A stretch of 61,843 nt of DNA, counting the filler. It is 10 parts of 10 records of this genome, joined end to end, with 100 filler letters (N's around TTAATTAATTAA, not from the genome) between each part and the next. Parts side by side here need not be neighbours in the genome. Positions count along the whole stretch, not along the records: positions 1 to 6,011 come from SRR7504441_6648; positions 6,112 to 14,183 come from SRR7504441_6649; 8 more parts are not named here. One strand, 5' to 3'. Shown here in pieces: positions 1 to 12,100 of the stretch; position 1 is the first letter of the stretch; every line of letters begins with the position of its first letter. The notes beneath the pieces are model-generated. The model saw nothing but the letters and a program-made list of their open reading frames with translations, searched no databases and had not been told where the DNA came from. Made by a program: the position numbers and the translations under genes.

Positions 1-39
1 GGGGGGGGGCGCTCGTCCAACTTTTCGGGAGGAAGCACG

Positions 40-3000
40 ATGGAGGGGAGTAGCGCAGACAGCGAGCTCGCCGGGCTGCTCTCAAACCTGAACCACTCAG
101 AGCTGAGCCAGGTGGAAGTCAACGGGTGAGCGCCCCCACCGCCCCGGCACCGATGACCGGTGGCAGGCTTCCATTGATCCAAGAGCTGGTGCGCCGTCGC
201 AACCCCCAGCTGCTGGCCCGGGCCCTGCGCCGGCAAGCGGGGGTCAACCTGACCGCGGGCGAGCTCCAGCGGACCGCCCTGCACCTGGCAGTGGCTGAGG
301 CCAACGGCTGCCCACGCGGCACCACCACGCGGGCTCAACGAAAGCGCTCGACGCGGGCAATGCCCTCGATGGACGAGCTGGAGGACGGGATGCGCGGGCA
401 ACCGATGGTGGAGCTGTTGCTCAACTTCGGGGCCAACCCCAACCAGCCAGACTTGGCAGGGGACACTCCGCTCCACCTGGCGCTCAGGAACGGCGACCTG
501 CACAATGCGATGGTCCTGGTGACCAACATGGCCAACACCCAGCTCGAGAATGCCGCCGGCGAAAAGTAAGCGCAGCCGGCCTGAGTGGGGCTGACCCAGG
601 TCGGATTCAGGTGCTCAGCTCTTGCAGGGTCGGACGCGGGAGCGCTCGAAGAGATTGCAGAGGCCCGGATGGATCGGCTGCACAGCCTGCTGGGGGCGGC
701 GGAGGGCGGCGAGGTGCAGAAGATGGTGGGGATACTCCAAGGGGGCATGCTGGCCAACGCTTGCGACGAGGATGGCATGACTGCGCTCCACTTTGCAGTG
801 CGCAGGAACAATCTGGAAGTAGTAACTCAGCTGATCAAGCACAATGGCAACCCCAACCACGCCAACGCTGGCGGTAAGAGCCCGCTGCACTACGCCTGTG
901 AGGAAGTGGATCCTGCCGAGCTCGGAGCTCGGCTCGCGGTGATCCGAAAGCTGATCGAGGCATGCGGTTCCGACCTGGACATCCCTGACCGGAGTGGCGA
1001 CACCGCGATGCACCTGGCGTGCTCGCACATGTTCCTTGAAGCAGTGGCTCTGCTCACGGATGCGAATGCGTCCAAGGAAGTGCTCAACAACAATGGCCAG
1101 ACCGCATACCAGTGCCTGCAATGCGGCGCAGATCCGAGCACAGTAGAGGCCGTGCTGACCGCCGCGCGCTCGGCGCTCAAAGATCGGGATGGCGGCTCGG
1201 CCGTAGAGCAAGTCCAGCAGATCCCCCAGGCACAGGTCGATGCTTGTGCCAAGAAATTAATTGGACTGGGGTACAACGAGGCAGCTGCTCGGAAGGCAGT
1301 CGATGAATGCGGCTCCACCGATATCGGCGAACTGCTGTCGTATTTGACCAAGACCTCCAACGGGCCGAACATGGCCCTGCCCAAGCTTGAACGGAAGAAG
1401 TCAAGGACGAAAATCCCGCCAGCAAAGAAAACGAAATTATCGGACGAGAATAATTCGGACGACGACTCGCAGACCTACACCGGCTCAGAGGACGATGAGG
1501 TCTACCTTTACTCAAGTGGAAGCGATGAGGACGAGAGCAATGGCGAAGAAGATATGGAGACGGATGAGCCGACAGCAGTCGTGGCATGTTGGAATTCGTA
1601 TAGGGCAGACGAGATCATGGCAGATCGGCAGCAGTTAGTGCATGAAGTGGTCGAAATGACGATGCTGGCCGAGTCGGACGCAGCCGAGCTGCTCAATCAG
1701 TACAAATGGAGCAAAGACAGCTGCCTGCAGGCCTGGTTTGCTGGTGGCGACGAGACTCTCAAGGCGATCGGCGTGCTTCGGACAAGTTCAGACCCTCCGC
1801 TGCCTCCAGCCAATGTCGAGTGCTCGGTCTACGCCTCGGCCGACTGCCAGGCGTATGAGGAGGGCTCCTCTGGGGAGGTGCACTTGCGGTATACGGGTCT
1901 GGCCTGTGGACACTTTATGTGCAATAATTGCTGGACCGAGATACTGGTGCAGAAAGTCAAAGACAACGAAATCCACCCACTCCGGTGCATTCTATGCACT
2001 GTGCCCACCCACCAGCAAGCGGCAGCCAAGGTGCTGGTCCCAGGCCACTTGGTGCCAGAGCCCATGATCCAAAAGCTGGTTGACCCGCCCACGTTCAAGC
2101 GGTACCAGTACCTGCTCGGCAAGTCTTACGTCGAGCACAACGCTGCAATCAGGTGGTGCCCGTTCCCGGACTGCGAATACGTTGTGAATGGCAGCCTGAT
2201 GACCCACAAGTTTGGAGACCAGCCCACGGTCCAGTGCCAGGCCGGCCATTCGTTCTGCTGGGATTGCGGGAGAGAGCCACACCACCCCGCCACTTGTGAG
2301 ATGGTGAAGCAGTGGGAGGCTCGGAACGCGGACCAAGGCGGCGATGAGACCATGATCTGGGTGCAGCTGCACTCAGCGCCGTGTCCCAAGTGCGGGATCG
2401 CTATCCAGAAGAACCAAGGATGCAACCACATGACATGTCGGCCGCCCGTGGGCTGCGGGTTCGACTTCTGCTGGATCTGCAAGGAAAAATGGGGAACCTG
2501 TGACTACTACAGTTGCAACAAGTTTAAAAAGGGCGAGGCGAAGCCGGAGGACTCGGAGCAGGATGCTAAGCTCAAGGAGAAGGCCAACATGCTAGAGAAG
2601 TATTTGTTCTACTGGAAGCGCTACAAGGCCCAAGATCTGACAGACAAGTTCCAGGTGCTAGCACGACAACAGCGGCACTGACCACTGCACATGCAGGATG
2701 AGCTGGGACAGAAGCTCAAGGAAACTATCGACTGCATCCGGAGGGAAAGCACCGATCCGACTGCCTTGTCTCTCTGTGAGAAGATCAACGAGGGCTTGGC
2801 CCAACTGTTCAGGTGAGCTCGAGCCGCCGGCGCAGCTCAGCCCAACTCGCAGGTGCCGGATGGCGCTCAAGTGGTCTTTCGTGCGGGCGTTCTCGCTTCC
2901 AGACCACGAGGAGCAAGAAATTGTGCAAAAGGATCTGTTCGAGCAGTGGCTTGGGCAGTTGGCTGGGGTACGCGTTTGGATGAGTGCAAGCTGATCCTGT

Positions 3001-3128
3001 GTCAGGTGTGTGACAGGCTTATGATGGAACTCGAGAAACAGCCCGAGGAAATGAGCTTGGCGGTGCTCTCAGACCAGTTGGCGATTGCCAAGAAAAACTT
3101 TGCAAACTTGGATGTTGCCATGTTCTAA
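40..3128 (+). CDS. Ankyrin-repeat + UBA-like + Ariadne-type RBR E3 ubiquitin ligase (ANKIB1/ARIH-like), 6 exons
   Basis: ATG at 40; GT-AG introns 126-166, 566-610, 2655-2696, 2813-2852, 2968-3005 join the ORF pieces in frame. Ankyrin motifs GDTPLHLA, GMTALHFA, GKSPLHYA; UBA-like LIGLGYNEAAARKAV; acidic tract; RING1 CGHFMCNNCW; IBR WCPFPDC...GHSFCWDC...HHPATC; RING2 PCPKC...KNQGCNHMTC...FCWIC with the catalytic Cys; Ariadne-domain CRMALKWSFVRAF. Confidence 0.9.
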
Positions 3129-3498
3129 GGTGATTTGCGTCAGGGCCACATGCCAATTGTTGGGTGGACGGCAGGTAGCCGTGTGGCCTACTCGGCTTCT
3201 TGCCAATGGCATGCCTCAGTGATCCCATCTAGTACATTGGAAGACACCGAGCTTGCGCCTTTCTAACCAGTTACCTAGTAGCTTGCCTCGTTGAGCAAGT
3301 TGCTTGATTTTAGCGCGCCTCGAGTGTAACGTATATATAGGCGCGGTATTATACAACTTATCACCGAGCTGGTGCCCATCACGAGGATTCGTTCAATAAA
3401 ATCAAGATAATTATATTTCGTGAGAAGACTATAAGAAGACTAAGTATCTAACTCAATCAGAGCCAGGCTGAAAATCAGTTGGTCTGAGAAGTTTGCCA

Positions 3499-6011
3499 CT
3501 AGATGCTATAATTCTCGTTACCTATTCGGATCTCACTGCAAGTTGCTCGAAAGGCCAGCAGCTGCAAATTCTTTTCAAAGAGCAGATCCTCACACTCCTC
3601 CTCCGCCTGTATGGCCATTGCAGCCTCCTTCCTGGCACTTTGCTCAGCCTCGACAGCCCGTTGCGTCTCTTCCTTGGCGTCCTCCAGCTGACTCCTGAGC
3701 TCTATGCTATCAGTTTCCTCGGGCGTGACGGACTTTGGTGGCGACAGGCCAGCCTGTACGAGCCCGGTGCACGTTTTACGAAAGGCTATCAATTGCAAGT
3801 TCTTTTCAAAAAGCAGATCCTCGCACTCTTCTTCCGCCTGCACTGCAAGCGCGGCCTCCTCCTTGGCATCGCGCACCGCCTTGGCAGCATCTCCAGGGAT
3901 ATCCCTCCGCAGCGCTTCCAGCTCCGTCTGCAGTCTATCAATGGTCGCCTTATGCTGCTGAATCTTTTCGAGCGAGTCGCGTTGTAGATTGGCGATAGCC
4001 TCTTTCAGGTGTTCTATTTGCACAGGGTAGAGCGATTGAACATCTGAGAGCTCGTGCAAAGCGCCGTCCAACTCTGTCTGTTTTGCCAGCAGGTCCTGCT
4101 CCAGCTTCTGCCTCTTCCCAGCCTCGGCCTCGCATTGTGCTATGAGCTGTGCCTGCGTCTCCTTGTGCGCTGACCCCACCAGCTGCGCGTCCTTTGTCAG
4201 CTCCTCTAGCTTGGTACTCACCAGATCGCTCGACTGCTTCAACACCTCCAGCTCTGCCCGCAGCGCCGCGCTCTCAGCGCTGCTCGCCTCCTGCGTGGCC
4301 TCAAACTGCAGCTTGGCTGCCCTGAGCTCTTCCTTGTGCTTGAGCTCGGCCTCGAGCTCCTGGATGCCCTGAAGCGACTTAAGGTGCTCCAGCTCGGCCT
4401 CCAGCTCGCCGATCCGGTTCTCCCTGAGCTCCAATCGCTGCTCAAGCTCACGTATCCTAGCACTCCCATCCTCCTGCTTCTGTGAGGCACTTGCCAGTGC
4501 GTCCTGCGCCTGTGCGGCTGCAGTTTTGAGCTCAGCGACGGTCTGTCTGATTGTGCTGTTCTCCTGCTGCAGTGCAGCAAGCTGCAACTGCGAAGCATCC
4601 AGCGCTGCGGATGCTGCTTCTTCAGTTTCCCCTAGGCTGCTGCCACACCCTTCCGCTGCCGCCTGCTCAGCCTCTGCTAGGCTGGCTGCTAGCGCCCTGA
4701 GCTCCGTCTCTCTGTCTTGCAAAAGGCTCTCTAGCCTGTTTCTGGCCGCCATATCCCGCTCGGAGGCCTGCTGTGCTTGCCCCTGTATTCTATCCAGCGC
4801 ACTCTGCCGTTCGGCGACTGCATGCTCGTTGGCAGCTATGGTCTGCCTCAATGCAGCATTCTCTTGCTGCAATGCGGCAAGCTGTGCCGCGAGCTCCTCG
4901 TCGCTCGGGTGACAAGCCATGCCATCGACCACCTCCGACTCGTTCCGCCGGCGATGCCTGGTCCGATCGGGCGACACACGCTGCGCCTCGACCACAATTG
5001 TCTCCGAACGCCGCTTGCCGACGGAGAGCACCTCTTGCCCAGCTGGGCGGCTGTTGAGCAGCTTGGGCATCCTCGGCGACAGGTCACCGGCGCCATCCTG
5101 CCCACTAGTCGGGCTCTGCTTGTGGGCTCTGCATCGGTCGGCCACCAGCATGAACTGTTTGATAGTAGAATCGAATTCGTGCTCGGGCAACTGATTAAAA
5201 CGCTTGCTCTCCATGAAATACTTGATGAATTCCAGCTCACTCACGGTGCCATCCCCGCCCGAGTCCATCTGAGCCAGCATCTTGTCTGCCTGCTTCTGGC
5301 CCCAAGGCGTGCTCTTCTGCTTGAGTGCTCGCCGAGCCTTCCCCAACTCTAGCAGCTCCTCTGTCGTGATCACACTGTCCGCTAGCCCAACTGCGCTCTG
5401 GTTAAAGCTCAAAAACACAGCCCGCAGCCGCTCGGACCGCTCACGCTGCGGGCTGCTAGACCTCCCTGGCGACACAGCCTGCTTTGCTGCTGCGGTGCTT
5501 CGTGCTCGGAGCGCTGCGGTGCGGGGCGAGAGCATCAGGCCGGCCTGGTGCTCATCCAGCCGCTGCTTGAGGTACCTGTGCTCCTGGCTGTCCAGCGTGC
5601 GCCCTAGCTTGGCCTGCACGGTCGCCCGAAGCTGGTGCGCCAGGTCTCTAGAGTCGGCCCCGCGCACCTCAGCCTCGATTGCAGCTCGCGCCGCCACGTC
5701 TCGCGGGGCGGCCACCGGAGAGGGCCCTGCGGCTGCCAGCCCCACAACTGGCTGTGCTGACGCTGACGCTCTCGTCGCCGTCGACACTGAGCCTGTTGCT
5801 GGGGCGGTCGGCACTGAGGCCGCCGGTTCAGGGGGCGTGGTGTCGTTCCTGCTGCCGCGGCAGAGTGCGGCCACCTGCATGAACTGTTCGACCACTCGTC
5901 GGAACTCAGGCTCAGGCTGCGGCAGCGTCCGGTCGAAATAAGACACGAACTCGCTCTGGCTGATTGTGCCGTTGCAGTCCACATCCAGCCTGTCCATCAG
6001 CCGCTGGTTCA
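3499..6011 (-). CDS. EF-hand calcium-binding coiled-coil protein, 5'-truncated at contig end
   Basis: 832-aa ORF; EF-hand loops DVDCNGTISQSEF and DSGGDGTVSELEF; long E/Q/A/L heptad region; duplicated C-terminal block QAEEECEDLLFEKNLQL. Confidence 0.75.
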
Positions 6012-6111
6012 NNNNNNNNNNNNNNNNNNNNNNNNNNNNNNNNNNNNNNNNNNNNTTAATTAATTAANNNNNNNNNNNNNNNNNNNNNNNNNNNNNNNNN
6101 NNNNNNNNNNN
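6012..6111. other. Artificial contig spacer; the same 100-nt spacer occurs at 14184-14283, 18240-18339, 23020-23119, 26755-26854, 36266-36365, 47355-47454, 52771-52870, 57773-57872
   Basis: N-runs flanking TTAATTAATTAA (stops in all six frames); genes are cut off at several of them. Confidence 0.98.
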
Positions 6112-9100
6112 ATGTTCTGACCCTGTGCTTGTGTCGATTTGTCCAGGATCCAGGTTCACATTTCGCGAGTTGATTACATCAGTGCATACAGTACTGCAAT
6201 ACGGACCGAGTCGGCAATTCCAAGTCACAGCAACCTGTATGTCGAATATCACGGTACCCTCGCAATGGAGAGATGGATTTCTTTCGTCGATGATACCCTC
6301 AATAGTGGTGACCCCTGCTCGTCTGGGCAAGATGCTGCAGGTTGATACTCAGATTAGCCGTACTATAGTTTTCTGCCTCCCGCCACAGCATTTGACCTTT
6401 TGGTGCTTGCAGCTCCTCCTGATTCAAGCCACTCTGGATCGCTTTCGGCCGACTCGGGATCTAGATCTCTCACGTTTCAGTCTAACTCGCTTTCTGCGGA
6501 CAAGCGTTTTGCAGTCTGCTACACAGAGGCGGGTGGGATCAGAAGTTCTGACTGGCGTGACACTGGTATTAGAGTCTATGTGAGCGCAATTCAGTCCGTT
6601 AAGTACGGAGTGGCGCCCCAGTTTGGTACCACAGCCTCCAGGACCACCCGAAATCGGCCCAGCCTTCGGACAGATCCAGCATCCGTCGATATTTCAACCG
6701 ATCGAATTCCCCGATCACAACAACTGCAGATCCAGATTGTGGGGAGCATGGCTGATTACAGTAACTTCAAAGTGTCTCTTGTTGATGCAAGTTTGATGGG
6801 CAAAAGCCCATGTGGCTACACACAACTGACAGAGGCAACACCATCCACTTATCAGTTTCAGGGCAACAACCCAGCAACCACTTGCAGCAGGTTTGGACCA
6901 AATCGCAGGCACCTTACAGGTTCCTTCGGGGCTAGTACTGATGGAACAGTCACTTTTCAGCTAGCGTCAGGTGATTTGCTCGATCATAATGATGGGAGCT
7001 GCTCACAGACAGTTCCATTCATTGCAAACTACCAATGGACCGATGGTAGTGCGCAAGGAAAGATCACAGAGACCGTCTATGCCCTCTGCTACACACGAGG
7101 GACTGACAGCCAGACACTTACAACTGATACGGGTGGATGGAAGGACTCTTTCATGCGCTTTAAGCTGTCAGATATCGAAGCGATTGATTCTCAAGGCTCT
7201 TTTCATGGAACATATGGTCAGATTCCTCGATCCTTAAGCGCCGGTCTTGCGGGACCAGGGATGCAGCTATTGCGGTATGTAGCCAGCTCAGATGATACAA
7301 GTGAGCCTTACGGCTATGCACCAGGCAAAGGTGACAAACACCTAGAGATCAACCACTTTTGCTTGCATATTTTGATCACCGCCAGATTCTGTGCCTCGGC
7401 CCTAACCCTGTTGATTGGGCTGATTGACTGGGCCAGTTTTGTTCTGCCTATTTATTAGGGTTAACAGCTTCTGTTACAGATTCCTCACTCATCGCTTCCA
7501 GACAAAACAATGCCTTTGTTTTAATCAAGGACAATACATACACATCTGACAACGAAGCGTCTTCAGACCCCTGCAGCAGCTTGGATTATTCAGCCACAGC
7601 CAGCTCTACCAAATCTGCAGTCCTTCGACCGTACCACACAAGCAGCGACTACACAGGTGGTGCTCTCAATGGCACCTACTTCGATCTGGACACCTCCACA
7701 CTGGACACTGGCACCATTGATACAAATACAGGATCTCTGACCAAGACATATTTTGCGTTTTGCTACTCCCCAGATTATGACCCATCTCAGACATATGGGG
7801 ATCCTGGTGACACAAGCGATTGGCTCGACAGCGGAATTCGTTTGACAGTGTCAAAGATTTCATACGTTGAGTATGGCAATTTGCATGCTGAAACCAATTA
7901 TGCAAATCGAGACTACTTTGCCAAAAATAAGATGTATGCAACTTGGAGATCAGACACTCACAGTGTTTCACGGTCTACCGCTTACAAGTCGCCAGATGGT
8001 AACAGATATCAAGGAGACATGAAAACTGGCCTAGCTCGTGCACATAATGTTATTTCACAGGAGACTGATCGCTCCATGACTTATCACAGCACTGGAGGTG
8101 TAACAGAACAGCTAGGAAATAACAAATGGATATCCTTTGTTGATGCCTCACTCAACGGAGGTTCTGATCCATCAGGGAGATACTACTCAAGCCCGTGCAA
8201 TGAAGTAACGGCTACCACAGGACCAACTTCCCAGCACTCAGGTCCGATGCAAGCAGGGGCATCAGATACAACTTTTTTGATACCCCAAAGGACAGCATTG
8301 TCAGAGCTCAAGGTATTTGCTGTATGTTATGCTGTACAAACTGGAACTATTGCAGACTCAACCTGGGATGATAGTGGCATTCGACTTACAGTGTCAATGG
8401 TGACCTCAATTAGTTCGCAGGGTGTGACGCATGAGGTACATGACGATGATAAGTACGTAAGCACTATAGCCAATCGAGGTCAAGATAAGCTCGAGTTGAC
8501 TTACACTGGAACGCTTCTGGCAAATGCAAGGCTTGCGCTGGTGAATGAAGCCCCTGGTCAACAAACTTCTAGTCTTGCTCTAGGCTTTGATGAAAGCACA
8601 TTCAAGTCCCCAGAGGGCTGGAGCGGCGGATCCCTGGGAATCCCAGACTTGAACTCCCCTGGGAATACGCAAGTGTGTTTGCAGTATGGAGACACAGTCA
8701 CTAGTGCAAACAGCAATGCCGAAACCTCTGGGCCACTCACAACACAGGACACCACAACTGGTAGCAGAGACACGACTTCAAAGACAGTTCTGGTGCAAAC
8801 ATCAAGGTTATCCAGCAGCATTACCTTGGCTGTATGTTACCAATCTGCTTTGGGGCAGCCCTGGCGGGACTCTGGAATTAGAGTGAGACGATCTGAGATG
8901 TCTTCTGTTCGCTTTAGCAACATCTATGCAGCACCAGCAGCACGTGAACAGACTTCCATTCCCCGGGCTACCAACAAAATGCCTCGCGCCCCTGCTCAGC
9001 ATGTTCAATATATTGCTGACCCTGCACCATCATACATTGCTGAGGTTGGAGCTGGTGGTTCTACTGTTATGGATGGATACTCTGCAACAATCACTAAAAG

Positions 9101-12100
9101 TGAAGTTGACACCCTTTATGGAACCCAAGGTACCAGCAGTGGGAGATTTATATCCCTTGTGGCAGTCCAGAACACTGCAGAATTCAACAGCCAGAACCCT
9201 TGCACAGTTGGCCGCTTTGCTGCAATGGAAACATCCACATATGCTGCTGATGCCGGAGCAAATGGACTTCGTCACATGTCAACCAAAAACCAGTCTATAG
9301 TATCTGGCGACACGCTGTGTGCCTCTCTGTCTTCTGGGAATTCGGAGTGCGGAACATGGCATGTGCCTCAGGACAGTGCCGATAATTTGCTGGACCCAAG
9401 TCTGATGTTCAGTGTGTGCTATTGCAATGATTGCGATGGCACCAGCTCAGACTCAACTCGGCACTGGTATGATTCTTATATCCGTTTGGGTGTAAGTCAG
9501 ATTGCAAGTATCACACAGCACATAGGGAAGTGGGGCAGCGAACCAGGTGTTGCCATCACACATATAGCCTCAGGCCAATTACCAAGCATGTCCCCCTCAA
9601 CTGAAAATGTTGGGTACTCGACAGAGGGTGCAGCAAATCAGGGTCTTGAGATCTCGTACGATGGAACCGGATTAGCTTCTTCAGTCAGCTTTGCATTGGT
9701 CGAACAGAACATAAACCCAGTCCAAGCGTACGGAATTACAACACACAGCCCATGCACTGACCAAGCACTTTGGGTGGACAGCACTCTTTACACCACCCCA
9801 GTGACAGGAACTGGTGATAGCACCAGTGGCACCATGACCAACCTGGATACAAGCCAGTTGCTCACTAGCAGAATCTATGCGCTGTGCTACGCATCTGGTT
9901 CCAGCACATTCTCGGACTCAGGTATGCGTTTGACACTACCCAAAGTCACCACAGTGTTGCACAGCAGTGGACAACCAGGAACAGATGACAGAGCGCTCAC
10001 TCCTGTGTTCAGGCCAACAAATCGCCTAGGGACTCGTAAAGACGATGGGTCCAATCCCCTGCCCGCTGCGGCCCTCAAGTACAGTGGGCCATCTTGTAGG
10101 GATGGAAACACACCATGTGCATTACCTGCGTCTCAATACATGCAATTAATTGCAGTTGAGGAAACCACAGTTGCTCACACCAACCCTTGTGTAGACTCTG
10201 CTATCCTTGCTGCTGGCATCAGCAGCACTAACAGCGGACCTCTCAATGCAAATAGCCAAAATGTTTTCCAACTTCCAAACGCAATGGAAATGTCAGAGGG
10301 AGCAACTTATGCTGTGTGCTACTCAGATTCGTCAACATCCAATTCTGACGGGCGAGCACCGGTGCATCAAGTTGAGAGTGATGGTGTCACACCTATTAGT
10401 ACATACCAGAACACAGCCTGGAAGGATTCATACATTAGGATTGAAGCTGTCAAAATCTCTGTCTTAGAGGTTGCCAACACACGGATTATCACTGATGGTG
10501 TGATACCCAACACTCAGGCTGGCGAGCAAAACCCTCAAACTGTTTCAAATCCAAGTAGCTATGGCCTTGATGGGATGGCATTTACTTACATTGGTGATCT
10601 TTTAGCAGGTTCTTACATTGCTCTTGTTGACCATAATGCCCATGCCACCAATGGCTACAGCGAACCATGCACCCAGACTGTCATTGAGAACCATTGCAAT
10701 GGGCCACAACATGTCACACGGAAACATGGGGAGTCTTGCACTACACCCAGTACACCTTCGCTGCGAGCAAATGAAGACTTTGCCGGGGCATTGACAAAAT
10801 CAGTTCAGACAATAGACACAACTGGATTGTTCACAAACACAACATTTGCTGTGTGCTACAGCGATACACAACATCCAGCCACCCCTGGAAATTCATGGCG
10901 TGACTCTGGAATACGTGTCATTGTCCCAAAAGTTTTTAGTATTGCAGCTTCAAGCCAGAACAGTGGAGGATCAAGCAGCTGCACATTCCATGGAGGCGAC
11001 CCAACATTTAACTCAACTGCTTACTCTGGGGACTGCAAGCGCGATACAATGGCTCGGCAACAGACAGTCAAGCCATTGTCGACAAATAGGCTTGCCCAGG
11101 ATGGCTCAACTGAATCGCTGACGTATGTGGGTGAACTTCCTAATAATCATCAAGTGGCCATTGTCAGAGCGCAGAACAACCCGAACGTCATGTTTGGAAC
11201 TGCCTTGAGTGGTACGAGCCCTTGCGCAAGCTATGACGGCACATATGCGGCTGAGAATGGCTATGCAATTCAAACAGCCGCAATGACTGCCACTGGCAAG
11301 CAATTTGAGATCCCTGCAAATGTGGAATTTGCTGATGCCACTGTAGTTGCAGTGTGTTATTATGATCCAAGTTTGACCACTCCTCACAAGTGGCGGGACT
11401 CACTGATCAGATTGACAGTTTCTCGAGTTGGTTCATTCAAACTTCAGATTCCTGTTATAGACACCAGCACAGTTGGAGGTGGTTCCAGCTCAATGAACAT
11501 AACCATTAAGACTGTTGGACAAATCCCTAGACAGGAACCAAACCAACAGGTCATATACCATTACAAGGGAAGCAGCACTGCTGAAGGCTCGTATTCGCTT
11601 GCCTTAGTTGAGGACTTGCAAGATGTTGTCCTTCGATCAGATGGTACAAAGTTGTCCCCTGCACGTGAAACCACAACTGCTGGCTTTGCCCAGGATGTCG
11701 CTGATACAAATTCGCTCGGGTTTATGATACACCATCCATGCAGCACTGTCCAAAGTCGCTCAGATTCGCAGCAATCTTTTACGACCAACAATTTCAAGAC
11801 TCAAGCGTTGGACACATACCGCAATAATGATGGCTTTGGTGCCGATGGCTCTTCACCTTCTCTGAAAGCTCACGACGGTGCCACCGATGATTCACAAGGA
11901 AGTTCCTCTTATACACAAACAGTGTATGCCTTGTGTTACAACTCAACAACAAATGGCTGGACTGACTCTGGCCTGCGAGTGACAATTGCTGAGCTGGAAG
12001 CAATTCACATCAGAGACTCCTTAGCTGAACGGATGTACCAGGCACTTAATGTTGATTCAACTGTCAATGGTCAAATTGCAAATCATGCCGATCTGAAAAT

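Noticed and set aside
3541-3870. Direct DNA repeat (about 3541-3630 and 3780-3870), and repeats at 57110-57280 and 57580-57770
   Set aside because: In-frame duplications inside coiled-coil coding sequence, not mobile or regulatory repeats.
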